From a candidate division WOR-3 bacterium (GTDB lineage Bacteria > Hydrothermota > Tepidihabitantia > SM23-42), in the NCBI GenBank assembly GCA_016936155.1, contig JAFGPO010000139.1:156-64155 (forward strand): a stretch of 64,000 bases of DNA, written 5' to 3'. Shown piece by piece: positions 35,599-45,249 of this stretch; the stretch's first letter is position 1; each line of letters starts with the position of its first letter. A program made the position numbers and the translations under genes. Under the pieces are notes generated by a model. It was not told where the DNA came from, made no database searches, and worked only from the letters and a program-made list of their open reading frames with translations.

Positions 35599-35704
35599 AC
35601 CACATCCTCCTTCGTCATATTATATGCACGCTTGACCTACGGTCAAGTTCAATTCCTTGACAATCGCACACGCTCTGTTATAATCGCAGAGGTCAGGAGG
35701 TAAC

Positions 35705-36397
35705 ATGAAACGACTCGTTAATTCAATAATATTTTTATGTATTTATACGGGAGGTAGTCTCGCGGCAGATTTTTCCGATCTGAAAGGGAAATGGGAAAGC
35801 CAGACCGGCTACGGGACCGTGACACTTGAGTTCCAGACCGAAATGGAACTGGTCTTTGATGGCGACTTTGCCAACTACACGCTCGTTGACGACGCGATCC
35901 GCGTGGTCGAGGAGATCTGGTACGTTGACTACCCGTATACGCTCGAGAATGACGTGCTGATGGTCTGGTTTCCAGAAGGGTACCAGCTCGAGTTCACCCG
36001 GGTGAAAGAACAGACCCCGCCGTCAGGCGGAAACAACGCAGGAAAGGAAGCCGGATCAGCGGATCTGGTCCAGCACTTCGCTGGCACGTGGTCGCACTAT
36101 ACCGCGTACACCGAGGATCACTTCACACTCATGCCTGATGGCCGCTACTACGAGCAGTACATCGCCGCGTACGGCGGCGACGGGAGCGATTTTGAGGGTG
36201 ACTGGCAGGCTGGCGGCGAGAGCCGCAGTGCCGCGACCTGGACGATCCACGGGAATAAGGAAAAGGGCGTGCTCATAGTGCTCTGGCAGGATGGATCAAC
36301 GACCGACTATCACTATGAGGTGTTTGTTGAAAAAGGGATCACCTATTGGTCTGAATACCTGTTCAATGGTGATCTCTACGCGAAACAGAAGGAGTAG
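35705..36397 (+). CDS. Hypothetical secreted protein
   Basis: A TTGACA-N16-TATAAT promoter and SD AGGAGG lie upstream. Signal peptide present. No recognised domain. Confidence 0.45.
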   Translation: MKRLVNSIIFLCIYTGGSLAADFSDLKGKWESQTGYGTVTLEFQTEMELVFDGDFANYTLVDDAIRVVEEIWYVDYPYTLENDVLMVWFPEGYQLEFTRVKEQTPPSGGNNAGKEAGSADLVQHFAGTWSHYTAYTEDHFTLMPDGRYYEQYIAAYGGDGSDFEGDWQAGGESRSAATWTIHGNKEKGVLIVLWQDGSTTDYHYEVFVEKGITYWSEYLFNGDLYAKQKE

Positions 36398-36402
36398 GAG
36401 CA

Positions 36403-37647
36403 CTATCGAGTAACCACGACTTTCTCTATAAAAGCCGCGTTACGCGTTTCAAGGACAGCAAAGTATACCCCTGCACAAAGGTCAAGCGGAATCTTCCATT
36501 GCACAACGTGCGGTCCAACATGCGCGCCGGGAAGGATCACCTCATCGATCATGCGTCCTGATATCGAATAGATACATAATCGCGCACGATCAGAGACAGA
36601 CACCATGCAGGAGAACGACGCGACATGCTGTACGGGATTCATGATGATGCGAAAATGACCGGGTACCGACGTGACACTGCGGTTGAGCGCGCCACCGCTG
36701 ATCGTCACGTTCTCGCAGAGCCAGACATACCCGTCCTGCCCGCCCAGAATGATGTCGAGGTCACCATCCCTGGTCCAATCCGTGCAGTGGATACGTGAGT
36801 TCGTGTAGCCGTCAAGAAAGACGCTGTCCTCGGTCATGAGTGTCTCGTACTGAACTTCAAAATACGGGGCCTGATTTGTCGCACGGTTCTTAAAAAAATA
36901 AAGGAAGCCGTTTTCATTGCCGCATACCAGATCTTTCAAGGAATCCCCGTCCAGATCGAATATCGCAGGGTGCGCGTGCACAACTTCCAAATGACCACCG
37001 CCCGCCTGCATGAGCTGGTAACCGCGGAAAAAGGGAACGGCATTGGTGCCGAAATTGAGATAAACGCGGATATTACCGGTATCCGGCAGTACGTGCTCGA
37101 TTTCACCGATGATCAGGTCTTTTTTGCCATCCTCGTTCCAATCATGGATGCACGGGCAACTGTTCGCTGAAACCCTGACATCAACCTGCATGCCGCTGCT
37201 GTCGTGCTGGATGTGACCGGCATTATGCAAGCCGCTTCCGGTTTCTAAAAAGAGGGTGGTGTAACCGTCGCTGTCCCCGGCGATCAGGTCGCGTTGTCCA
37301 TCTTCATTCCAGTCGCAAACTGCGACTGTTGCGCCCTGGCATCAGCTGAACGGGAGGGTGATAACTGAACCATCCGCGTACACATATTCAGGCGCGGCGA
37401 ACAGTGGATCGTTGGTCGAACCGATGTTTTCATAAAAGAGGATGTGACCGTATACGAATTGTCCGACGAGCAGGTCCTTGTCGCCGTCCGTATCCCAGTC
37501 ACATACATGGGGCGCGCTGAAGAATTCCACCCGGAGTGTTTCCCCGGCAGCGAGCAGGTTTTCCGGGGAAAGAAAGAGCGGGGTCTGCGCATATCCGTGC
37601 AGCCCAAGCAGCAATAGAGCGAGAACGATCGATCGGAGGATATTCAT
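36403..37647 (-). CDS. FG-GAP/VCBS-repeat T9SS cargo protein interrupted by one in-frame TGA (37344-37342): candidate selenoprotein or pseudogene
   Basis: Signal peptide MNILRSIVLALLLLGLHGYAQ. Repeats: CDWDTDGDKDLLVG, CDWNEDGQRDLIAG, HDWNEDGKKDLIIG. Reading ...VITLPFS-TGA-CQGATVAVCDWNEDG stays in one frame across track ORFs 37342..37683 and 36403..37230. CTD at the C-terminus. Confidence 0.5.
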
Positions 37648-37713
37648 CTTCATATAGTATAATAGGGAACAGAACCTGGTCAACAGACAGTTGTAATGGT
37701 ATTCCCGCTGTTA

Positions 37714-37745
37714 TCATTTTGTCAATTGACAAAATGAGAAAATGA
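37714..37745. promoter_or_regulatory. Second copy of the ArsR-type operator module (24-bp perfect palindrome plus AAAATGA repeat)
   Basis: TCATTTTGTCAATTGACAAAATGA-GAAAATGA. The 23-mer CAATTGACAAAATGAGAAAATGA (37723-37745) is identical to 2021-2043. It lies 30 nt upstream of the -35 TTGACC (37683-37678) of the FG-GAP gene. Confidence 0.45.
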
Positions 37746-37790
37746 AACGATGTCTCTACACTCCTTTCTGATTGCGGGTTTACTCCCTCC

Positions 37791-38996
37791 TCACCTGATC
37801 AAGGTGACTTTTTCCGTATAGTGTTCATCATCGATTTCGACTACGACAAGGTATGTCCCGCTCGGCAGAGGCGTGCCGTGATCATCAGTGCCGTCCCAGA
37901 TGAGTGTACTGCGTAAAGCGTCATGCGTAATGGGAGGGAAACATTTCACCAAGACACCAGCTATATTATAGATTTTGATTTCTATATCTGTCGCACCACG
38001 CCCTACGCCATACGCGATACGCGTCTCGGTTCGAAACGGATTGGGACTGATCGTGAAGTCGCTGATCGCCGGTGCCGGTTGTTCTTTCACGCCGATACCC
38101 AGGGAACCCTCTTCGTTATACGCGACCGCGCCGTTGTTCCACCCGCCGATCACGTAGACGTAATCCCCGACTAGGCCGACTGCGATTGACTGCCGGCTGT
38201 AGGTCATCGCGGTTTCGTACGACCAGACATTGGTCGAAGGATTGTACACCTCGACCGTCGTGTGGTAGTTAGAGTAATCGTAGCCGCCCACTGCATACGC
38301 CATTCCACCATAGGTGAATCCGCCAACACAGTACCGGTCTTCATTCATGGACCCGCACCATGACCATGTGTCGGTTGCCGGATCGTAGCGCTGGGTGATG
38401 TTGGTTGAACCACCACCGATCGATGTGGAGCCGCCGAACGCGTAGATCGTGTCATTGATGACCGCGCATCCGGGGCCAAAGCGCGCGGTGGGCATCGTGG
38501 CTTTTGTATCCCAGGTATCAGTTGCCGGATCGTATTCCTCCACGGTGCTGAATACATTGCCACCCATGTTCATGCCGCCGATGACATAGATCAGCCCGTT
38601 CACTACCGCGACACCGCTCGCATACCGCGCGGTCGGCATCGGTGTTTTGGTCGTCCATGAATTGGACATGGGATTGTATTCCTCCACTATATTCGTAGCC
38701 GTGCTGCCAATCCACCCGCCAAATACATACATTTTCCCATTGACCGCGGCCGCGACAACGTGGGCACGCGCCGTCGACATGGGAGCGAGCGTATCCCATA
38801 CGTCCTGAACAGGATCATATGTATGGAGCGTGCGATACCTGCCGCTCCCGCTGTCACGTCCCCCAATAACGTAAATTGTATCAGTCATGACCGCGCAGCC
38901 GCTTCCCGCGAGCGCCATGGGAAGCGGTGTCTTCGTCGTCCACGTTAAGGGGAATGTCTGAAGGACCGTAATCAAGACTACATACGTGAGATGCAT
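37791..38996 (-). CDS. Kelch-repeat protein with T9SS C-terminal sorting domain
   Basis: Six Kelch-type blades (IYVIGGRD, MYVFGGW, IYVIGGMN, IYAFGGS, AYAVGGYD, VYVIGGWN). CTD reads NPFRTETRIAYGV...IKIYNIAGVLV...LIWDGTDDHG. Promoter is TTGACA-N16-TATACT and SD is GAGGAGG. Confidence 0.8.
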   Translation of the reverse strand: MHLTYVVLITVLQTFPLTWTTKTPLPMALAGSGCAVMTDTIYVIGGRDSGSGRYRTLHTYDPVQDVWDTLAPMSTARAHVVAAAVNGKMYVFGGWIGSTATNIVEEYNPMSNSWTTKTPMPTARYASGVAVVNGLIYVIGGMNMGGNVFSTVEEYDPATDTWDTKATMPTARFGPGCAVINDTIYAFGGSTSIGGGSTNITQRYDPATDTWSWCGSMNEDRYCVGGFTYGGMAYAVGGYDYSNYHTTVEVYNPSTNVWSYETAMTYSRQSIAVGLVGDYVYVIGGWNNGAVAYNEEGSLGIGVKEQPAPAISDFTISPNPFRTETRIAYGVGRGATDIEIKIYNIAGVLVKCFPPITHDALRSTLIWDGTDDHGTPLPSGTYLVVVEIDDEHYTEKVTLIR

Positions 38997-39120
38997 TGTA
39001 CCTCCTCATCTGAAGTATAATACACAGGATAGCGGTGTCAAGCAGGATTGCACCAGTGGGTGAACCCTTTATTGACATATCGCGCAATAACTCTATAATA
39101 AAAGGAAGAAAAGGAGAATT

Positions 39121-39675
39121 ATGAAATCTACCATTTTTGCATGCATAGTCACGTTCATTATTCTGATTGTCGGATGTGCAGGACCATCAGAACCAAAAGT
39201 CTACACCCACGAACAGGCGCATTTTTCTGTCACATGTCCCGCGGGATGGAGTCTCATTTCGCAGGATGGGGAAATGTTCGAATTCCGCAGCGGCGACGTG
39301 AAGCTGATCGAAGTGGGAGGGTTCGATTTTGGCTTGACCTCAGCTGATTTTGAGGAAATGTCTGATAGCGAATTCAAGGACTGGATGAAAGATGCTTCAT
39401 TGGGGGGATTGGAAGGATACTGTAGTGAAGCAGAGATCCAGGAATGGACGATCGATGAGCAGTATCATGCAACATGGGGAGGTCTTGAAGCTTATCGGGT
39501 CCGTGCCCAGGGATTCTCCAATGCCGCGGATGTTGATATGGTCGTGGATCTGGTCGCAGCCATAAATCTCGATAATGGTATGCTCTACATGTTCGCATCC
39601 CAAATCGCCAAGAGCCAGTACGAAGGTGCAAAGAAGGATATGGATGCAGCGCTTACGAGTTTCCGCGTGAACTAA
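39121..39675 (+). CDS. Hypothetical lipoprotein
   Basis: Lipobox-like ILIVGCAG. SD AAAGGAG. No confident domain call. Confidence 0.5.
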   Translation: MKSTIFACIVTFIILIVGCAGPSEPKVYTHEQAHFSVTCPAGWSLISQDGEMFEFRSGDVKLIEVGGFDFGLTSADFEEMSDSEFKDWMKDASLGGLEGYCSEAEIQEWTIDEQYHATWGGLEAYRVRAQGFSNAADVDMVVDLVAAINLDNGMLYMFASQIAKSQYEGAKKDMDAALTSFRVN

Positions 39676-39694
39676 AGAATCGGTCTTGGAAAAA

Positions 39695-39718
39695 GGGGCT
39701 CATAAGAGCCCCTTTTCT
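39695..39718 (+). terminator. Intrinsic terminator
   Basis: GGGGCTC-ataa-GAGCCCC followed by TTTTCT. Confidence 0.7.
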
Positions 39719-39822
39719 GCTTTGTCTGACGAAGGGGATATCACTACCACAAGACCACGGAATTTTATGTGTAAGGTGTAATATCACAGTGACCGCATTC
39801 AGGACAGCAAGTACAATTGCAA

Positions 39823-39850
39823 TTGACTTCCGTGGTCTTCACACTATAAT
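39823..39850 (+). promoter_or_regulatory. Sigma-70 type promoter of the STAND-TPR gene (leaderless configuration)
   Basis: TTGACT (39823-28), 16 nt, TATAAT (39845-50), then 6 nt to ATG 39857. Confidence 0.5.
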
Positions 39851-39856
39851 CTGAAC

Positions 39857-42697
39857 ATGCACAAACGGATCAATCTCCCGATCAAAGTGTTCGTTGACCG
39901 GCTCAAGGAGATCAACCAACTCAAGGAACTCCTGATGAACGACACTCAGGGGGAACGGATCATTATCGTACGGGGCAATGTCGGTGCGGGGAAGACACGA
40001 TTTGTCCAGGAGGTATTGAAGACCGTGGAGTGGCGCGATATGATATGGGGAGACTGTTCCTATCTTGCGGATTACATCGCGTACTATATCGTGCGTGAAC
40101 TTGTGAAATTCCACATCCAGGCCCAGGGACCGGGTATACTCAAGGGAATTGCACCGTCGTACAAAAGGATCATCGGCAAACTGGTCCCGGAAGCGATGGA
40201 TGAAGATGCGGAACAGGTGAGGGATTCCGCGATCCTCGATGATAAATTTGCATTCAACGAGGGCATCAAACAGGTCCTTGAACGAGGCGCGCGGGCCAAG
40301 ATCATCGTTGTGGACAACAGTCAGTGGATCGATCAATCATCGGCCGATCTTCTCCGGTTCCTCATCAAGGCAGAGAAAAAGCAGCGCATATCGTTCGTTT
40401 TCCTTTACCGGTCCGATGAGGAAACCGAGGTCTTAAAGACGTTTCTTTCCGCGGTGCGCAAGAACGATAATGTCACGGAGATCTCCATAGAACCATTTTC
40501 GCAAAACGAAGTGCGCGCAATCCTTGTATCGATTATCGGCGAGGAACCGGAGGAGCACTTCATGCGGTATGTGCTGCAGTGGAGCGGGGGCAATCCTTTT
40601 TACATCGAGGAGATCACGAGCACGCTCGTGCTTGATGGCCACCTTGTACTCGACCGCGGACATTGGAGTTTCCATGAACCGAAAACCGGTACCGTGCCCA
40701 GGACAATAACTGAGATTGCTACCGCCAAGTACCTCAGTTTGAGCAGTGATGCTCAACGCGTCCTCGATGTCGCCAGTGTTATCGGGTGGTTTGATGTTCA
40801 GATATTGGAGGACCTCGTTGGTCTGAAATCGGTGCGGATCGTGGAACTCATTGAAGAGATCGATAAAGTCGGAATGATCCGCTACACTGAGGAGCGCATC
40901 GAGTTCAGCGATGAGATTACCCGGAATGCAGTGTATGCGCAGGTCGCGCAAAAGGCGGATGTAAAGTCCATACACCGGAATGTGGGGAATTTGGTCAAAC
41001 AACAGAGCCGGGCGAATGAGCGTCCCGTTGTTCAAGAACTGGCATACCACTACTACCATGGAGCGGATCCTGATAAAGGAGTACGGTTCTGTATTCGTGC
41101 CGGGGACAACGCGCGCGAGGGCTATGCGCATAAGGAAGCAATACGATACTATACGTGGGCGCTGGAAATGCTGACAGAAGGGGACAAGCGGGAAAAAATA
41201 GAGTTCATGATAGAATGTCTGCGCAAGCGTATCGCCGTGTTCGGTATCCTTGGTGAACACGAACATGCCTTGAATGACATCCGTAAGGCGATCATGCTGG
41301 TTCAGAAAATTCATGATGCAAACTGCGAAATGGAGATGCTTTATGACCTGGCACATACACTCTTCCAGTTATCAAAACCACACGATGCATCACGAGAGGT
41401 CGAACGTCTTATTGCGCTCGCTGAGCAGCGCAGTGATCATATGTGGCGTGCGCGTGGGATCATGCTGACGGCCACCATCCAGATGCACTTTGCGAATTAC
41501 GCCCCGGCCCTTGAATTGTACAAGGAAGCGCTTGCGTATTTCGAGCGCGTGAATGATCAGAAAAACATGTCAACGATCAACATGCACATGAGTGTGATCT
41601 ACCGCAATCTTGGTAAATTCGACCAGGCTCATAAAATGCTTGAACGCGCCCAGTCGTATGCTGAGCATACCGGCGATAAGCGCGCGGTCGCGTCATGCTT
41701 GATCGTTACCGGGAACCTGCACTCCATAGTCGGTCAGTATGACCAGGCGCTCCGATCGTACGAAGAAGCATACCGGGTGCATCGTGATGTCGGGTACAAA
41801 CAGGGGGCAGCGATCGCGTGCGCCAGCATAAGCAATGCGTACGTTGCCCAGGGACAGTACCGTAAAGGACTGCAATACATGCAGGATGCGATGGGTATGA
41901 TGCGGGGGATCGATGACCATATGACCGAAGCTGGAGATTTCGCGAACATAGGTGGTATCTACACGTGGCTTGGAGAGTATCCAAAGGCGATCAATGCTTT
42001 TGAGAATGGACTTCGGATCGCGCGTGAGATCGAAGCCAGTGCGCTGGAAGTATATATCCTCGATCATCTTGGTTCGGTGTACTACTATCTTGGAAATTTT
42101 CCATATGCTGATTCACTGCACAAGGAAGCTTCTGTTCTTATCAAACAAAGGCATCTTGAAGTCGGTGCATTCCACAACCTGCTGTTCAGGGGACGCCTGT
42201 ACCTTGCGGAGAAGAAATTACCAGAGGCAAAGACTTTTATTGAAAATGCCAATGAAACCGCCAGGAAACTTGGATCCAAAACCATGACGATCGATGCCCT
42301 ATTCCTTTTGTGCGAGTACAATCTCGAGCAGGGAGATAAGACCCTCTTTATCCAGCACATGAAGAAAGTGTCGGATTATGAAACCGGGCCTTTAGTGAAA
42401 AGTACCTCTGGATACCAGGATTTTCTGTTTGGACGTTTCCATATACTGGATCATGATTTTCCGACGGCTGGGAAAGTACTGCGTTCGGCGCTGCAGGTGT
42501 TCGAAGGACTTGAAGAACAGTATAATATCGGACAGGTATACGCATATCTGGGTATCATGGAACGACTCAGGGGTCAGGAAGCAGACGGGCGTGCGTACCT
42601 GATCACGGCACGCGGAATTTTTGAAGCGATCGGCGCCAAAGCATGGAAACAAAGGATTGATGGAATTTTGAACGCCGAACCATCATCCGATGCGTAG
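39857..42697 (+). CDS. STAND-type AAA ATPase with C-terminal TPR array (no N-terminal effector domain)
   Basis: Walker A IVRGNVGAGKTRFV. Walker B-like IIVVDNSQWID. The C-terminal half is TPR-rich. Paralogous to the central and C-terminal parts of 10318..13143 and 53141..56374. Confidence 0.75.
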   Translation: MHKRINLPIKVFVDRLKEINQLKELLMNDTQGERIIIVRGNVGAGKTRFVQEVLKTVEWRDMIWGDCSYLADYIAYYIVRELVKFHIQAQGPGILKGIAPSYKRIIGKLVPEAMDEDAEQVRDSAILDDKFAFNEGIKQVLERGARAKIIVVDNSQWIDQSSADLLRFLIKAEKKQRISFVFLYRSDEETEVLKTFLSAVRKNDNVTEISIEPFSQNEVRAILVSIIGEEPEEHFMRYVLQWSGGNPFYIEEITSTLVLDGHLVLDRGHWSFHEPKTGTVPRTITEIATAKYLSLSSDAQRVLDVASVIGWFDVQILEDLVGLKSVRIVELIEEIDKVGMIRYTEERIEFSDEITRNAVYAQVAQKADVKSIHRNVGNLVKQQSRANERPVVQELAYHYYHGADPDKGVRFCIRAGDNAREGYAHKEAIRYYTWALEMLTEGDKREKIEFMIECLRKRIAVFGILGEHEHALNDIRKAIMLVQKIHDANCEMEMLYDLAHTLFQLSKPHDASREVERLIALAEQRSDHMWRARGIMLTATIQMHFANYAPALELYKEALAYFERVNDQKNMSTINMHMSVIYRNLGKFDQAHKMLERAQSYAEHTGDKRAVASCLIVTGNLHSIVGQYDQALRSYEEAYRVHRDVGYKQGAAIACASISNAYVAQGQYRKGLQYMQDAMGMMRGIDDHMTEAGDFANIGGIYTWLGEYPKAINAFENGLRIAREIEASALEVYILDHLGSVYYYLGNFPYADSLHKEASVLIKQRHLEVGAFHNLLFRGRLYLAEKKLPEAKTFIENANETARKLGSKTMTIDALFLLCEYNLEQGDKTLFIQHMKKVSDYETGPLVKSTSGYQDFLFGRFHILDHDFPTAGKVLRSALQVFEGLEEQYNIGQVYAYLGIMERLRGQEADGRAYLITARGIFEAIGAKAWKQRIDGILNAEPSSDA

Positions 42698-42699
42698 CA

Positions 42700-43509
42700 T
42701 CACCGGCGGCTGATCACCCTCTTTATCACCACACTTACGATAAAACACACGCCGCACAGGAGTACGATTGTTGCCCCGGATGGCAGGTCGAGGAGGAAGG
42801 AAAGGATAAGACCGCCGACGGAAAGAGCGATCGCGAGGATCGTGGTAAATAGCGCAATTTTCTTCAGCGTTGAAGAGAATTGTTTGACGATCGTCGCCGG
42901 GAATGTGAGAAGTGCGATGATTAAGATAATCCCAACAACGCGTATGAGCACGATCGTACTGAGGGCGATGAGTCCGAGCAGAATGAAGTAGAGGAGATCA
43001 GTCGGTACACCGACGATTAAGGAAAATTCTTCGTCAAAGGAGATCGCCTGCAGTTCTTTAAAGAGTACGATCGTTGTTGCAATGATAATGATATCGAGCA
43101 CGCCCATGATAAGTATGTCGATCATGGGTACTGAGAGGATCGAGCCGAACAAGTAGCCGAATAGATCCGGAGCATACCCCGGGGTCAGGGATATGAACAG
43201 GATCCCGAGCGCCATGCCGATTGTCCAGAGTATTCCGATCGCAGAATCCTCGCTGATCCTGGTGCGCCGGCGCAGGATTCCGATGCCTATGGCCGAGAGA
43301 ATGCTGAACGGCAGAGCCATGATGATCGGGTTGACGCCGAGCAGATACCCGAGACCGATGCCGCCGAATGCGGCGTGCGAGATCCCACCACTGATGAACA
43401 CGATCTTTTTTGTGACCACGAATGTCCCGACGACGCCGCACGCGATGCCGACCAGCAACGCCGCGCAGAGGGCGTGTCTCATGAATTCGTACTGGAAGAT
43501 TTCAATCAT
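42700..43509 (-). CDS. Metal (Zn/Mn/Fe) ABC transporter permease, ABC-3 family
   Basis: Start at [14 protein letters not shown]. Multi-TM ZnuB/TroD-like sequence. 8-nt overlap with the ATPase gene. Confidence 0.8.
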   Translation of the reverse strand: MIEIFQYEFMRHALCAALLVGIACGVVGTFVVTKKIVFISGGISHAAFGGIGLGYLLGVNPIIMALPFSILSAIGIGILRRRTRISEDSAIGILWTIGMALGILFISLTPGYAPDLFGYLFGSILSVPMIDILIMGVLDIIIIATTIVLFKELQAISFDEEFSLIVGVPTDLLYFILLGLIALSTIVLIRVVGIILIIALLTFPATIVKQFSSTLKKIALFTTILAIALSVGGLILSFLLDLPSGATIVLLCGVCFIVSVVIKRVISRR

Positions 43510-44269
43510 GCGTATGCTCATCGTGCGCGGGTGTGGTTGGACTATGGGTGAGTATCTGGACCGGACATTCATACAATTCAGCGAGTTTCTGTATTCCCTC
43601 TTTTTTTGACCCGTGGAAAAATAATTTTTTGTTCACGCACGCGATCTTATCAATGTACGTTGAAACAACGCTGATGTCGTGTGTGACCAGAACGATCGCG
43701 ATCCGCGTATTGAGTTCATTCAAGAGCTGATACAGTGTATTCTGCCACTGTGTATCAATGCTCGACACCGGTTCATCGAGCAGGAGCAGCTGCGGTTCGG
43801 TCGCCAGCGCCCGTGCAATGAGTACGCGCTGGCGTTGTCCCCCTGAAAGATCAGCGATCGTACGGTGCTTAAGATCGGATAGCCCGACGAGCGCGAGGAC
43901 ACGTTCGGCAATACCGTGATCCGCAGACGTGTAGGAATGACCGAGCCCGGTTCTCCCCAGTCTTCCCATGAGCACAACGTCGATGATCCGTATCGGAAAA
44001 TCGTGATCAAATACCAGGTGCTGGGGCAGGTAACCGATTCGGTGCCGCGCGCGCGCCGGCGTGGTTTGGAATACCCGCACCATACCCTGCTGGGGCGTCA
44101 GTAATCCGCAGAGTATCTTCAGGATCGTCGTTTTGCCGCCGCCATTCGGTCCTATGATACTTAAAAAATCTCGGTCATGAACCGTGATGCTGACATCCTC
44201 CAGGACCGGCACTCTATCATAGGAAAAATAAACATGCTGTAATTCAACGATCGGTTCGGCCATGATCAC
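43502..44269 (-). CDS. Metal ABC transporter ATP-binding protein
   Basis: Walker [10 protein letters not shown]. Signature LSGGQRQRV. Walker B LLLLDEP. Confidence 0.9.
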   Translation of the reverse strand: MIMAEPIVELQHVYFSYDRVPVLEDVSITVHDRDFLSIIGPNGGGKTTILKILCGLLTPQQGMVRVFQTTPARARHRIGYLPQHLVFDHDFPIRIIDVVLMGRLGRTGLGHSYTSADHGIAERVLALVGLSDLKHRTIADLSGGQRQRVLIARALATEPQLLLLDEPVSSIDTQWQNTLYQLLNELNTRIAIVLVTHDISVVSTYIDKIACVNKKLFFHGSKKEGIQKLAELYECPVQILTHSPTTPAHDEHTHD

Positions 44270-45156
44270 TCCAGGTAACGTGCCAGCATCGCTGCGAAGG
44301 TCCTGATAGTATCTATATAGTTCTCGGCCAGCGGATCGACAAGCACGACCTGACCGTCGATATCGCGCGCGATACTCTCAGCGTACTTGCGGTCGAACTG
44401 AGGTGATGCAAAAAGGACATGGATATCGAACTGGCGGGCAGTCTCGATGATGTGCTCAATAGTCCGGGCGGACGGTTCTTTGCCACCGGCTTCGATGGTT
44501 TTCTGCTCGAGACCGTAATCCCGGGCAAAGTAATTCCAGGCCGAGTGGTATACGATGAATATCTTTTGTTTCTTTTGAGCGAGCATATCGACGATTGCGC
44601 GGTCAAGGCTGTCAAGCCGTATGCTCACTTCCACCATGTTCCCGTGATAGAGTGTTGCATGTTGCGGATCGATTGATGCGAGGGCGCGGGAGATATTGCC
44701 GATCATCGTCTGTGCATTGCGCACTGACACCCAGATATGCGGATCGATCGCGTCGTCATCTGCATGATCGCGCGCAGACTCGCGGGTACTGATGAGGAAA
44801 ATCCCATCCGATGCATCACACACGTGCATGGTGTGGTTTATCGCGAGCATCTTATCAAGCCAGACCAGCTCGAATTCAATGGGCGTCCCTACCTTGATAT
44901 AGAGGTCCGCCTCGCTGAGCAGGGCCATCTGAGCCGGTGTCGGTTCATAGGTGTGCGGCGAGGCACCGGACGGCACCATGGTGATGACCTGGACATGATC
45001 CCCTCCGACCTTTTTAACGAGATCGGCAAGGGGTGGAATAGAAACGGCAACCGTTACTCGGTCATGCGGTGTATCGTCCTCGCGGCATGCGACGGACGCA
45101 AAGCCGAACACGAGGAATAAAGCGATCACCGATCGCAACGCGCATCGCGTATTCAT
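44266..45156 (-). CDS. Metal ABC transporter substrate-binding lipoprotein (ZnuA/TroA family)
   Basis: Start at MNTRCALRSVIALFLVFGFASVAC (lipobox). TroA-like motifs ASPHTYEPTP and DPHIW. Confidence 0.8.
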   Translation of the reverse strand: MNTRCALRSVIALFLVFGFASVACREDDTPHDRVTVAVSIPPLADLVKKVGGDHVQVITMVPSGASPHTYEPTPAQMALLSEADLYIKVGTPIEFELVWLDKMLAINHTMHVCDASDGIFLISTRESARDHADDDAIDPHIWVSVRNAQTMIGNISRALASIDPQHATLYHGNMVEVSIRLDSLDRAIVDMLAQKKQKIFIVYHSAWNYFARDYGLEQKTIEAGGKEPSARTIEHIIETARQFDIHVLFASPQFDRKYAESIARDIDGQVVLVDPLAENYIDTIRTFAAMLARYLE

Positions 45157-45249
45157 GAACGCTCCATTGTACCCGCGGTATATGGCTAAGTCAAGGGACG
45201 TTCCGGCCCGGTATTGACACAATTGATAAACGAAGTACTATCTGCGGGT

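Noticed and set aside
36082-36097. TGGCAC hexamers inside coding regions (36082, 5411, 6745, 28366)
   Set aside because: None has TTGC at the -12 spacing, and all are internal to well-supported CDSs.
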